Positions 51,636 through 60,111 of a DNA stretch of 64,000 bases are shown in pieces. The stretch is from the IMG/VR virus record IMGVR_UViG_3300025889_000070; one strand, written 5' to 3'. The notes under the pieces were generated by a model. That model saw only the letters and a program-made list of their open reading frames with translations, had not been told where the DNA came from and did no database searches. The number at the start of each line of letters is the position of its first letter. Within the stretch, counting starts at the first letter, position 1. This stretch comes from a virus. Lineage: Duplodnaviria > Caudoviricetes. The position numbers and the translations under genes were made by a program.

Positions 51636-51663
51636 TTGACAAGTACAAGCTATATGTTAGTAT
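51636..51663 (+). promoter_or_regulatory. early promoter TTGACA-N13-TGT-TAGTAT
   Basis: Same architecture as the promoters at 47293, 47572 and 51241. Confidence 0.7.
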
Positions 51664-51682
51664 ATACATATAGGAGACAAAC

Positions 51683-52981
51683 ATGACCACTACAACTGCG
51701 AATAAGAAAAACGTAGAAATTCCAGTAGGATTTGAGACAGATCCTCTAGAGGATGCGCTTGCTCGTGAAGCCCTTACTACTGCTAGAGTAGCCCTGCTCC
51801 TTAAAGCCAGCTTCTTCGGCAACATGGCTACTCGCTTGCCGCTTGTAAACGCAGATGCTTGGCTTCCCACAGCGGCTACTGATGGACGCTATTTCTACTA
51901 CAATAGCAAGTTCATCAACATGCTTAAAAAGAAGGAAATTGAGTTCCTGTTTGGGCATGAGGTGCTCCACAATGTGTATGAGCACCTGGGCCGTAGCAAG
52001 CTGAACAAACATAACCCTATGATTGCTAACATTGCGGCAGACTATGCTGTAAACGGTGACCTTGTTAAGAGTCGTATTGGTCAGCTGATTACCACTGTAC
52101 CTGCTCTGCACGATACAAAATACTATGGCATGAGCATGGAAGAGATCTACGACGACATTTATGAAAATGCCGAGAAGATAGATCTAGATCAACTTGCTGA
52201 TATGCTGCTAGATGAGCATCTGGAAAGCGACGATGAGCAGGACGGCAATAGTGGTGCTGGCGGCCCTCAAGAAGACGAGAACGGCAACCTCAAGAGTAAA
52301 AGCAAGCCCAAGTACAGCGAAGAAGAGCGCAAAAAGATTCGTGATGAGATCAAGGAGAGCCTCATCAATGCTGCCAAGCAAAGTTCAGGTGCTGGTGAAA
52401 TTCCTGGTGGTGTACAGCGCATTATCAAGGACTTGACCGAGCCCAAGATGAACTGGCGCGAACTGCTTGCTCAGACTATCGAGAGCAGCATTAAAAGCGA
52501 TTATAGCTTTATGCGTCCTAGCCGCAAGGGCTGGGGTATGGATGTGGTACTTCCTGGCATGGTTGCAGAAAACACTATTGACATTGCGGTTGCTGTGGAC
52601 ATGAGCGGCAGCATCAGCGACCAGCAAGCCCGGGACTTTTTTAGTGAGATTAAAGCTATCATGGATAGCTACACTGACTTTAAGATCAAGCTCTGGTGCT
52701 TTGACACGCAGGTTTATAACTATGCTGAGTTTGATAACACGAACATAGATGATATCCTTGTTTACGAGCCGGCTGGCGGTGGCGGCACTATGTTTGAGTG
52801 TAACTGGGCTTACATGAAGGAAAACGACATACAGCCCAACCGCTTTGTTATGTTTACTGATGGCTATCCTTGCGGTACCTGGGGAGATGAGTTCTACTGC
52901 GATACGGTGTTTATTATTCACGGTCCAGAAACTATCAAGCCATCATTTGGTAATTATGCCTACTACGATGGTAAGAAATAA
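51683..52981 (+). CDS. HExxH metallopeptidase plus vWA domain protein (DUF2201-like), MoxR partner
   Basis: TAATDGR, HEVLH, NIAADYAVN; MIDAS DMSGS; GGGGT..F; FTDGY. Confidence 0.88.
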   Translation: MTTTTANKKNVEIPVGFETDPLEDALAREALTTARVALLLKASFFGNMATRLPLVNADAWLPTAATDGRYFYYNSKFINMLKKKEIEFLFGHEVLHNVYEHLGRSKLNKHNPMIANIAADYAVNGDLVKSRIGQLITTVPALHDTKYYGMSMEEIYDDIYENAEKIDLDQLADMLLDEHLESDDEQDGNSGAGGPQEDENGNLKSKSKPKYSEEERKKIRDEIKESLINAAKQSSGAGEIPGGVQRIIKDLTEPKMNWRELLAQTIESSIKSDYSFMRPSRKGWGMDVVLPGMVAENTIDIAVAVDMSGSISDQQARDFFSEIKAIMDSYTDFKIKLWCFDTQVYNYAEFDNTNIDDILVYEPAGGGGTMFECNWAYMKENDIQPNRFVMFTDGYPCGTWGDEFYCDTVFIIHGPETIKPSFGNYAYYDGKK

Positions 52982-53622
52982 TGAGGTACTGGACAGAGTA
53001 TCAAAATTTCAAGCATGCTCAAATAGTAAAAAAATACCAGCACTCTTATCCTATAAGCAAGGGTAAGATGCCACTTTTTTCCTGGGCTGGTTTTGATGGT
53101 ATAGATACTAGTGTATGGATACCTAAAACCTATTCTGAGTGGTTAACAAATAGAAAAAAAATGAAAGAAAAACATAAGCGAGCACACATGCGGGCAGCCT
53201 TTGCATATGCTGAATGTAGCACTGCGAAGCGTTTGCAAGTGGGTTGTGTTATAGTAAAGGACGATCGCATTATCAGCATCGGCTACAATGGCATGCCCAG
53301 TGGCTGGACAAATGAGTGCGAAGAAGAAGTTGTTGAAGTTCCTGAGTTACAGGCGGCTTTACCTGAAAACGAAATAAGATACTTGGTTACCAAACCAGAA
53401 GTGCTACACGCGGAAATGAATGCTCTTATGAAGTTGGCTCGATCTACTGAGAGTGGCGAGGACGCAACTGCATTTATAACACATCAACCCTGCATGGAAT
53501 GTTCTAAAGGTTTATATCAAGCAGGTATTAAGGAAATATTCTATGTTCATCCATATAGATTAAACGATGGACTAGAGTTTTTAAAAAAATGTGGTATACC
53601 CGTTGAACAAATAAATGTTTGA
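52981..53622 (+). CDS. dCMP deaminase (about 60-aa N-terminal extension, or start at 53161)
   Basis: STAKRLQVGCVIV, IGYNGMPSG, HAEMNA, PCMECSK. Confidence 0.9.
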   Translation: MRYWTEYQNFKHAQIVKKYQHSYPISKGKMPLFSWAGFDGIDTSVWIPKTYSEWLTNRKKMKEKHKRAHMRAAFAYAECSTAKRLQVGCVIVKDDRIISIGYNGMPSGWTNECEEEVVEVPELQAALPENEIRYLVTKPEVLHAEMNALMKLARSTESGEDATAFITHQPCMECSKGLYQAGIKEIFYVHPYRLNDGLEFLKKCGIPVEQINV

Positions 53623-54859
53623 TATCTTTTGTATGCAGATTACAGGTAACAATGTTGACCTACCCGCTAATACACAATACACTCGTTGGAATGGTACACA
53701 CCTAGACACAATACGTAGGTGTGTAAATCATGCTAGAACAGAGTACGTTTGGATTGTAGCAGACTGTTGCAATTATTCTAACTTTGATTTTACCTGGCAA
53801 CCCGTGCCCTGGGAAGCAGATCAGATACACTGCTGGGCAAGCGGTAACCAACAGTTTGGTGATACTTTCCTGGTGCCTGTCAGTGCTTTTAAGAAGCAAG
53901 AGCAAGGGCTTAAACTACTTGAGTGGTATGAGTATATCAACTGGCACAGTGAGCCCAGTGTGCCGCGCTATGAATGGCCCACAGTGACCGATTTAGATGC
54001 TCAGACCAGCTTGTATGCTTGGCACAAGCAAACCAGCGCAGACATTGACTATGAGCCCAGTTTATGGAAAAAACGTGATCTACACGCCTTTACACAGAGC
54101 GGTAGTGTACTACTAGTGCCCAGGGACTGTAAAACGCATTTTAAAGAGCAATACTACGACTACCCACATATCTTGCGCCATACGGACTATAATATACCTG
54201 AAAAACTACTTGATGTAGTATACTTGAGCAACGGTGAAAAAAACGCCCTTAAAAACTGGAATATATTAAAAGAAATTTGCCCTAGGGCAAAATGGGTTGA
54301 GGGGGTAACAGGCAGGGCAGCGGCATATAAAGCCTGCGCTGAGATAAGCGATACACCCTGGTTCTTTAATGTGTTTGCTAAGTGTATTGTAGATCCAGAC
54401 TTTGACTTTAACTGGCAACCAGACTGGTTACAAGGACCCAAGCACTGGATATTTCACAGTCGTAATCCTGTTAATGGGTTGGAATATGGACACATGGGTA
54501 TCATTGCTTACCACAAGCAGATGGTACTTGATGCTACTGAATGGGGGCTAGACTTTACGCTGAGTGCTAGACACGGCGTTGTGCCTGTGGTGGGTAGTAC
54601 AGCAGACTTTAATACTAGTCCATACGAAACTTGGCGTACTGCTTTTAGAGAATGTATCAAACTGTATGGACAATCAGATCCAGAAAGTCGCTACAGGTTA
54701 AATCAATGGTGTACAGTTGGTAAAGGTGACTATGCTGAGTGGAGTATAGAAGGTGCTACTTATGCCACTGTTTATGCTGCTAGCGGAAACGATCTACAAG
54801 CCACCTTTGAATGGAAATTCCTCAAAGAACTCTTTGATAGCAAGTATAACATGGTGTAG
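53615..54859 (+). CDS. glycosyltransferase-like protein (two-part)
   Basis: EYVWIVADCC..FDFTWQP echoed by WFFNVFAKC..FDFNWQP; NPVNGLEYGHMG; WRTAFREC.KL. Confidence 0.5.
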   Translation: MFDIFCMQITGNNVDLPANTQYTRWNGTHLDTIRRCVNHARTEYVWIVADCCNYSNFDFTWQPVPWEADQIHCWASGNQQFGDTFLVPVSAFKKQEQGLKLLEWYEYINWHSEPSVPRYEWPTVTDLDAQTSLYAWHKQTSADIDYEPSLWKKRDLHAFTQSGSVLLVPRDCKTHFKEQYYDYPHILRHTDYNIPEKLLDVVYLSNGEKNALKNWNILKEICPRAKWVEGVTGRAAAYKACAEISDTPWFFNVFAKCIVDPDFDFNWQPDWLQGPKHWIFHSRNPVNGLEYGHMGIIAYHKQMVLDATEWGLDFTLSARHGVVPVVGSTADFNTSPYETWRTAFRECIKLYGQSDPESRYRLNQWCTVGKGDYAEWSIEGATYATVYAASGNDLQATFEWKFLKELFDSKYNMV

Positions 54860-55786
54860 TTCATGATCTGTCATATAAGGATCACAGGGAAGAGCTAGTT
54901 GGCATAAACAGTTTTCTGTGGCTTGTGGTGATTTATAAATTGGTTGTTCGTAAACACGTTTAATTTGTATTTCACGCTTTATCATCCACATTTCTAGTTC
55001 TACTCTAAGCGGAGTGCTTATCACAAACTTGCTTACTTGACCACGTGGATCAGTTACGCAGGTAACTAGATGTCTAATTTGTTGATAATAGTCTCTGGCA
55101 ATCTCTTGTCTGCGTTCTTGCCAAATTGGAAAGTGATCCAGCTTTACTAGAAGTTCAGCACATTCACGTTCACTGGGTATACTATTGCCGCCTATTTCCA
55201 AACCATGTCGTCTTAGGGATCGTAAATTACCAGCAATAGTATCTGAGTTTGTTACGACTGCGCCGGCGTTTCCAAAGTTAGGTAAACTTTTTGTAGGATC
55301 AAAACTATAACTAGCAAAAATGCCCTGTAGTGGAGCACCAAAATGTTGAGCTCCATCTTCATATATTTTTTTATTTTCTGGTAAGTGTTGATAATTATTT
55401 CCAAACAAGCCTACCCAAATAACATGATCTATACCACTGGGTATTTTATTCCAATCCAGTAAACCAGTATCTGTTACATCAACCGGCACTGGAATATTAT
55501 TACTCCTATTAATACTGTTTTTTGTTGCTATAAAGGTTTGTGCTGGAAATGCAATTAAAGATTTAGATAAGCCACTGGCTACTAGACCATAATATAACGC
55601 ATCACTGCCACTACCAAGCATTACACAGTGCTTTGCTTGACTTAGTTTGGCAATTCTATTTTCTAGTTCTTTTGTACAGTTTCCTAGCAGATGCCTTCCT
55701 GATTGATAAACCTGTTCAGTTGCTAGGTCTAGGCTTTGTTTTAATTCAGCATACAATCTATCTAGATTGTGGAGGTGGATTGTCAT
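54794..55786 (-). CDS. DegT/DnrJ/EryC1 PLP-dependent aminotransferase
   Basis: SGSDAL, TFIAT, PVDV, EDGAQHFG, SFDPTKSLPNFGNAG. Confidence 0.88.
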   Translation of the reverse strand: MTIHLHNLDRLYAELKQSLDLATEQVYQSGRHLLGNCTKELENRIAKLSQAKHCVMLGSGSDALYYGLVASGLSKSLIAFPAQTFIATKNSINRSNNIPVPVDVTDTGLLDWNKIPSGIDHVIWVGLFGNNYQHLPENKKIYEDGAQHFGAPLQGIFASYSFDPTKSLPNFGNAGAVVTNSDTIAGNLRSLRRHGLEIGGNSIPSERECAELLVKLDHFPIWQERRQEIARDYYQQIRHLVTCVTDPRGQVSKFVISTPLRVELEMWMIKREIQIKRVYEQPIYKSPQATENCLCQLALPCDPYMTDHELHHVILAIKEFFEEFPFKGGL

Positions 55787-55991
55787 CTTCTGAAACTTTT
55801 ACTTGTTGCAAATTAAGAATAACTAATTCACGTAATTCATCTATGTTAACATCACCTGACTCGATCATGTCTAATGCTTGGCTTGGTTTTATTTTTTTTA
55901 ATCGCACAAGAGCAGAAGATAAAATCACTAATTCCGGTCTGCTCATTTTCGGGTATTTTTTAATTATACTTAATATGTCTGTGTAAGTCAT
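55758..55991 (-). CDS. hypothetical protein
   Basis: 77-aa ORF in a packed minus-strand operon. Confidence 0.5.
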   Translation of the reverse strand: MTYTDILSIIKKYPKMSRPELVILSSALVRLKKIKPSQALDMIESGDVNIDELRELVILNLQQVKVSEDDNPPPQSR

Positions 55992-55992
55992 T

Positions 55993-56289
55993 TTATTCCC
56001 TATGCTGCTTATTATACCATTTTAAAGTCCAGAGCGCCAGTTCGTTAGGATCCTCAAAGCTCATTACCGCTTGGTTCTCATCAGGCGTAAACCACCAACC
56101 CCATTTACTTTGGCAATTTTCTATAGCCCACTCTATACTAGGATACATAACACCATTTGTATTTAAAAAACAGTTGTAGTCAAACTTTTTATTGTATCCA
56201 CAATCAGGGTTTTTATCTTTAATCATTGGGTCTAGTTTTTGCCATTCATAATAAGTAAACCCTTGTTTGTTTATCCTAGGTAGTCCCAT
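55993..56289 (-). CDS. hypothetical protein
   Basis: MGLPRINKQG..IEWAIENCQSKWGWWF..FEDPNELALW.L.W. Confidence 0.55.
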   Translation of the reverse strand: MGLPRINKQGFTYYEWQKLDPMIKDKNPDCGYNKKFDYNCFLNTNGVMYPSIEWAIENCQSKWGWWFTPDENQAVMSFEDPNELALWTLKWYNKQHRE

Positions 56290-56968
56290 CCCATTCAAAC
56301 ATTTCGTCCGCAAGTGGGAACACATCTGCAATTACTCGTGCACACGCATGAGCAATCTCCATGTGTTCCTTTTGAGTACCATTAGCACCACGTAGTTCAA
56401 TATAGTGTACCCAACTACGTAGCGTACCGTTCATATACATGCGACTTACTGTATTACCCTCAGGCAATACAGCCCTAGCTTGTTCTTTAGCAATACCGTT
56501 CTCAATAGCCCACTGATATGCCTTTTTTGATGCATCAATTACAAATTGTTGAGCAGCAGTCCACTGATGTTCTAGTTCTTCGTCATTTACATCAATACTG
56601 TTCTGCCTGTTTGTAGTGTCCTGCAAACGTGCTTCACGAGTAACAAACTCTAGATCCTTTGTGGGATCAGCGTAGCGTTGGCTAAACTCTTGGAAACTGA
56701 AACTCCTGTGACGCAGGATCTGCCTTGCTATGTCACGAGTAGTTTCAATCTCCATACAAGCACTGACCATTTCTAGGGGACTCCAATGCTTGTGTTTGAT
56801 GAGATATTTAATGAGCTTTGCGCTAGTTTCCATGTTTAACTGTCCACTAGGGTTGCTGACTCTAGCACAGAACGCAATAAGGTCCTGCACGTCTGCATCA
56901 ACAAGATCATGAGCAGTTAAAAACTCTGGACTGGCTTGGCTATAGCTAACCAGGCTTACTTTCATCAA
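56276..56968 (-). CDS. thyX: flavin-dependent thymidylate synthase
   Basis: HWSPLE, RQILRHRSFSFQEFSQRY, EQARAVLP, LRSWVHYIELR, Q.EH..IA. Confidence 0.96.
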   Translation of the reverse strand: MMKVSLVSYSQASPEFLTAHDLVDADVQDLIAFCARVSNPSGQLNMETSAKLIKYLIKHKHWSPLEMVSACMEIETTRDIARQILRHRSFSFQEFSQRYADPTKDLEFVTREARLQDTTNRQNSIDVNDEELEHQWTAAQQFVIDASKKAYQWAIENGIAKEQARAVLPEGNTVSRMYMNGTLRSWVHYIELRGANGTQKEHMEIAHACARVIADVFPLADEMFEWDGTT

Positions 56969-57594
56969 GCAGCAGCCTTTTTACGTCCACGCTTCTTAGG
57001 TGCTAGACTTGGATCTAGATCCTGAGCCTGGGCTGTTAACCTTTCAATCTCTTCTGTAAGAACATTAATCTGTGCTCGCATACCATCAGCTTGCTTAACT
57101 AAATCCTGAGCTAAATCAGCATCAGTTAGTACGCCTCCAGGTGTTGCAGCGGCGGCCGCAGCTTCTCTGCCTGCCTGTTGCTTGGCTGGATCAGCCAATC
57201 CTGACGTAGCATCAATCTCAGCTAGTCTGCTAGCAGCATCACCACCAGCTTCCATGTCACGGATAATCTGATTAATTTCATCTAACCTAGCACCCTGACC
57301 ACCTGGACTTGGTGTCATGATAATATCCTGTGTGCGTACCTTCTTCATCCAACCTTCTCTGTGCATTTTAGTAAGAAGGTTAGCACCGTCGGTTCCTACT
57401 ACACGGTGTAATGCGTCACCAAGATGTTTTGCTGCCTGACCGGCATTGCTTTCAATACATTTCATGATATCGTCATGAAACCCTGTAGGCAACTGCTGGG
57501 GGTATGCTACCAGAGCCATGTGTTCTTCTCCGGGAACTTCACGGAAAACAACAACTACTCTTTTATCACCTTGTCTACCTACGTGTTTAAGCAT
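56965..57594 (-). CDS. hypothetical protein
   Basis: MLKHVGRQGDKRVVVVFREVPGEEH...; start chosen after GAAGGAG; coiled-coil and basic tail. Confidence 0.65.
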   Translation of the reverse strand: MLKHVGRQGDKRVVVVFREVPGEEHMALVAYPQQLPTGFHDDIMKCIESNAGQAAKHLGDALHRVVGTDGANLLTKMHREGWMKKVRTQDIIMTPSPGGQGARLDEINQIIRDMEAGGDAASRLAEIDATSGLADPAKQQAGREAAAAAATPGGVLTDADLAQDLVKQADGMRAQINVLTEEIERLTAQAQDLDPSLAPKKRGRKKAAA

Positions 57595-57955
57595 TGTCTG
57601 CTTCTCCTTCTTCATGTGAGTGTTCTACATCACCATCAACATGTGAATGTGTAGTGCCATCATCATGTGTATGTTCTACTTCTTGTTGAGCAGAAGGCTG
57701 ATTTAATGTTCTAGCACCATTAGCTACTAGAAAAGTAATAAGCCTGTTGTACAGGGTGCCTACTGCTTCCATTTCACCAGCACGGATTGCGCCGCGTTGT
57801 GATACTGCTTCAAGCACATTTGCCATAAGATTTAAGTCAGCAACACCTAGTTGCGGTGCTTGAACCGCTGATTCGCCAACTACTGGATCTACACTGGCAT
57901 CTGCCTCTACTGCTTCTTCTTCTGTTTCTTCTACTACATTCATTTCTTCACTCAT
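57587..57955 (-). CDS. acidic protein with His-rich tail
   Basis: AGGAG SD; C-terminal HTHDDGTTHSHVDGDVEHSHEEG. Confidence 0.65.
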   Translation of the reverse strand: MSEEMNVVEETEEEAVEADASVDPVVGESAVQAPQLGVADLNLMANVLEAVSQRGAIRAGEMEAVGTLYNRLITFLVANGARTLNQPSAQQEVEHTHDDGTTHSHVDGDVEHSHEEGEADNA

Positions 57956-58005
57956 GTTATCGATTCTCCTTTTAGGTCGATAAGTATATTATATAGGATT
58001 ACTTT

Positions 58006-58548
58006 ATGATTTCCAAATACTTTTTTATAATTTTAACAATTTTTTTATTAACTACTAAGCCTCTTTTTTCTCAAGAAATTAATTCAGGGGAAATGATTGT
58101 TAATAATATTTTTACCTTGTTTGAAGCAAGTCTTCAATGTCAGGCAGTAGCAGAAATCACTGCCAATTACTACATTATTTACCTAGGATTCAAACACAGT
58201 TTAGAAAAATCTGATATTAAAAAGTTAGAAACGCCAAAAAGTATAAGTTACCTCAAAACACAATTTACAAAATATGAAGAGTTAATACAAGAAATAAAAA
58301 AGTTATTAACTCGCTTAGACAGTACTACGGCAAACAAAATAAAAAATTATGAACAAAGTACATACATAAAAATAAAACAACAACTACTATATTTTTTATT
58401 GAACAGAATAGAGCCAGATTTTATAGAAAATACTATGGCCTTGAACAGTGAATGTTATCAAAAATTTAAATTTCGCCAAGATTATTTAAAGACAATATCT
58501 GCAGATATTGACAGGCATATACAAGAAAATCCTAGCTTAAAACCTTAA
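58006..58548 (+). CDS. AT-rich secreted or membrane-anchored hypothetical protein
   Basis: Only + strand gene in the minus block; signal-like N-terminus MISKYFFIILTIFLL. Confidence 0.55.
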   Translation: MISKYFFIILTIFLLTTKPLFSQEINSGEMIVNNIFTLFEASLQCQAVAEITANYYIIYLGFKHSLEKSDIKKLETPKSISYLKTQFTKYEELIQEIKKLLTRLDSTTANKIKNYEQSTYIKIKQQLLYFLLNRIEPDFIENTMALNSECYQKFKFRQDYLKTISADIDRHIQENPSLKP

Positions 58549-60013
58549 CACCATAATGCTTTTCAAACCTATCTGCGTCCGCTCTAGTATTAATCATGGG
58601 CTCGCCACGGATATTTAGACTAGTGTTTAACAGCATTGGACAGTCAGTTAGCACATACCATTTTTCTAGAAGTTCCCTTACGCCAGAATGATCGTTTCTA
58701 CCAACCGTTTGTACTCTACTGGTTGAGTCTACATGAAGTATAGCAGGAAAGCCAAGCCTTGTACACCCGTAGACGCTCTGCATATATGGATTTGTTTCCC
58801 AGGGCGGCATAGCAAAATAATCGCTGGCATGTTCATTTAGAATCATGGGAGCAAAAGGTCTAAACTTTTGTCTGCGTTTTATTTCATTTACACGGTCTTT
58901 GATATCAGCACCTCTCGGATCTGCTAGCAAACTTCTAGTGCCCAGTGCTCTTGGTCCAAACTCCGCTCTGCCACTGGCCACTCCCACTATTTTGTTTTCC
59001 ATTAGTTCACTGATAATTTCATCAACTGGATATTCACCTGGTATATTGGTACCCAGATATGGTCCTTGCCAGTTTAAGCGTTTACCATAGGCTAATGCGG
59101 CTGCTCCTAGACTGCTACCACAATCTCCTGGATTGGGCATTATCCAAAACCTGTTCCATATCTCACTTATTTTAGCATTTGCTACACAGTTTAAGGCAAC
59201 GCCGCCCATGTATACACAATCATCTATATCAGTATAAGTTTCAGCAAGTTGACGCATTAAGGTAGTTAAACAGCGTTCAGTTACAAGTTGTGCGCTTAAT
59301 GCCAAACTTTCTGGGTCAATATCTGGCAACATGGATTTAGGTATACCAGTATGACAGTTATACTTCCAGGTTTGATTGTGATCAGCATCTACAAAGGTAT
59401 TATAAACGTCTTTGTACCAATTTGGCATGCCATAAGCACTCATACCCATTAAGATATATTCTTCTTCCATGGGTTTAAGACCAACTGCTTGTGTCATAGC
59501 ACTGTAAAATAATCCTAGACTGTTTGGGTATCTGCGTTTTAGAACGGATTTATACACCGCATTGCCATGGTTATCATAACTGGCAATATAGGCACTGTAG
59601 GTATCCCATTCTCCAATAGCATCTACTACCACAACCATGGCTCTATCAAACGGTGATGTTTGAAACCCTGCGGCAGCATGACTCAAATGATGACTATATG
59701 TGGTTATTGGTTTGTTTATGCCAACGTCTGCTAGATGACGTTTAGGAGATTTATCAGTAAGTGCTTTGCGCCATTCTCCGCTGTAGAGTTGTCGTGTCTT
59801 TTTAAGCCAGGGTCGCTCATACCAAGCAACTTGACTTATATCACCATAACTCAAGGCTTCATCTATTATTTCTTGGTTAAGTTCTGGGTCATTTTTAACA
59901 CGACTATATCGTTCGCTGTGAGCAGCAAATAGAATATCACCGTGATTGTTGATTACACTCACACCAGCATCATGAAAGCCGGCACTCACACCCAGTATAT
60001 TTGGTAGTTTCAT
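58532..60013 (-). CDS. carbamoyltransferase (NodU/CmcH family)
   Basis: GFHDAG, HSERYSR.KND, HHLSHAA, DAIGE, GGVALNC, PGDCGSSLGAA, EFGPRALG.RS, LLNTSLN. Confidence 0.93.
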   Translation of the reverse strand: MKLPNILGVSAGFHDAGVSVINNHGDILFAAHSERYSRVKNDPELNQEIIDEALSYGDISQVAWYERPWLKKTRQLYSGEWRKALTDKSPKRHLADVGINKPITTYSHHLSHAAAGFQTSPFDRAMVVVVDAIGEWDTYSAYIASYDNHGNAVYKSVLKRRYPNSLGLFYSAMTQAVGLKPMEEEYILMGMSAYGMPNWYKDVYNTFVDADHNQTWKYNCHTGIPKSMLPDIDPESLALSAQLVTERCLTTLMRQLAETYTDIDDCVYMGGVALNCVANAKISEIWNRFWIMPNPGDCGSSLGAAALAYGKRLNWQGPYLGTNIPGEYPVDEIISELMENKIVGVASGRAEFGPRALGTRSLLADPRGADIKDRVNEIKRRQKFRPFAPMILNEHASDYFAMPPWETNPYMQSVYGCTRLGFPAILHVDSTSRVQTVGRNDHSGVRELLEKWYVLTDCPMLLNTSLNIRGEPMINTRADADRFEKHYGVKVLS

Positions 60014-60111
60014 TTATATATAAAAGGGTCTCTACGTCTCAACTCTTTTAATCTTTTTCTATACTGTATTTCCAGTTTAATACGGTTTATAATATTTTTA
60101 ATCCACTGCAT
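60010..60111 (-). CDS. 33-aa basic peptide (MQWIKNIINRIKLEIQYRKRLKELRRRDPFIYK)
   Basis: Read by hand; bridges the radical SAM and carbamoyltransferase genes with overlaps on both sides. Confidence 0.6.
   Translation of the reverse strand: MQWIKNIINRIKLEIQYRKRLKELRRRDPFIYK

Noticed and set aside
51364-51870. 168-aa minus-strand ORF
   Set aside because: It is antisense to the vWA gene start, a promoter and two coupled plus-strand micro-ORFs that have proper SDs; likely a shadow ORF.
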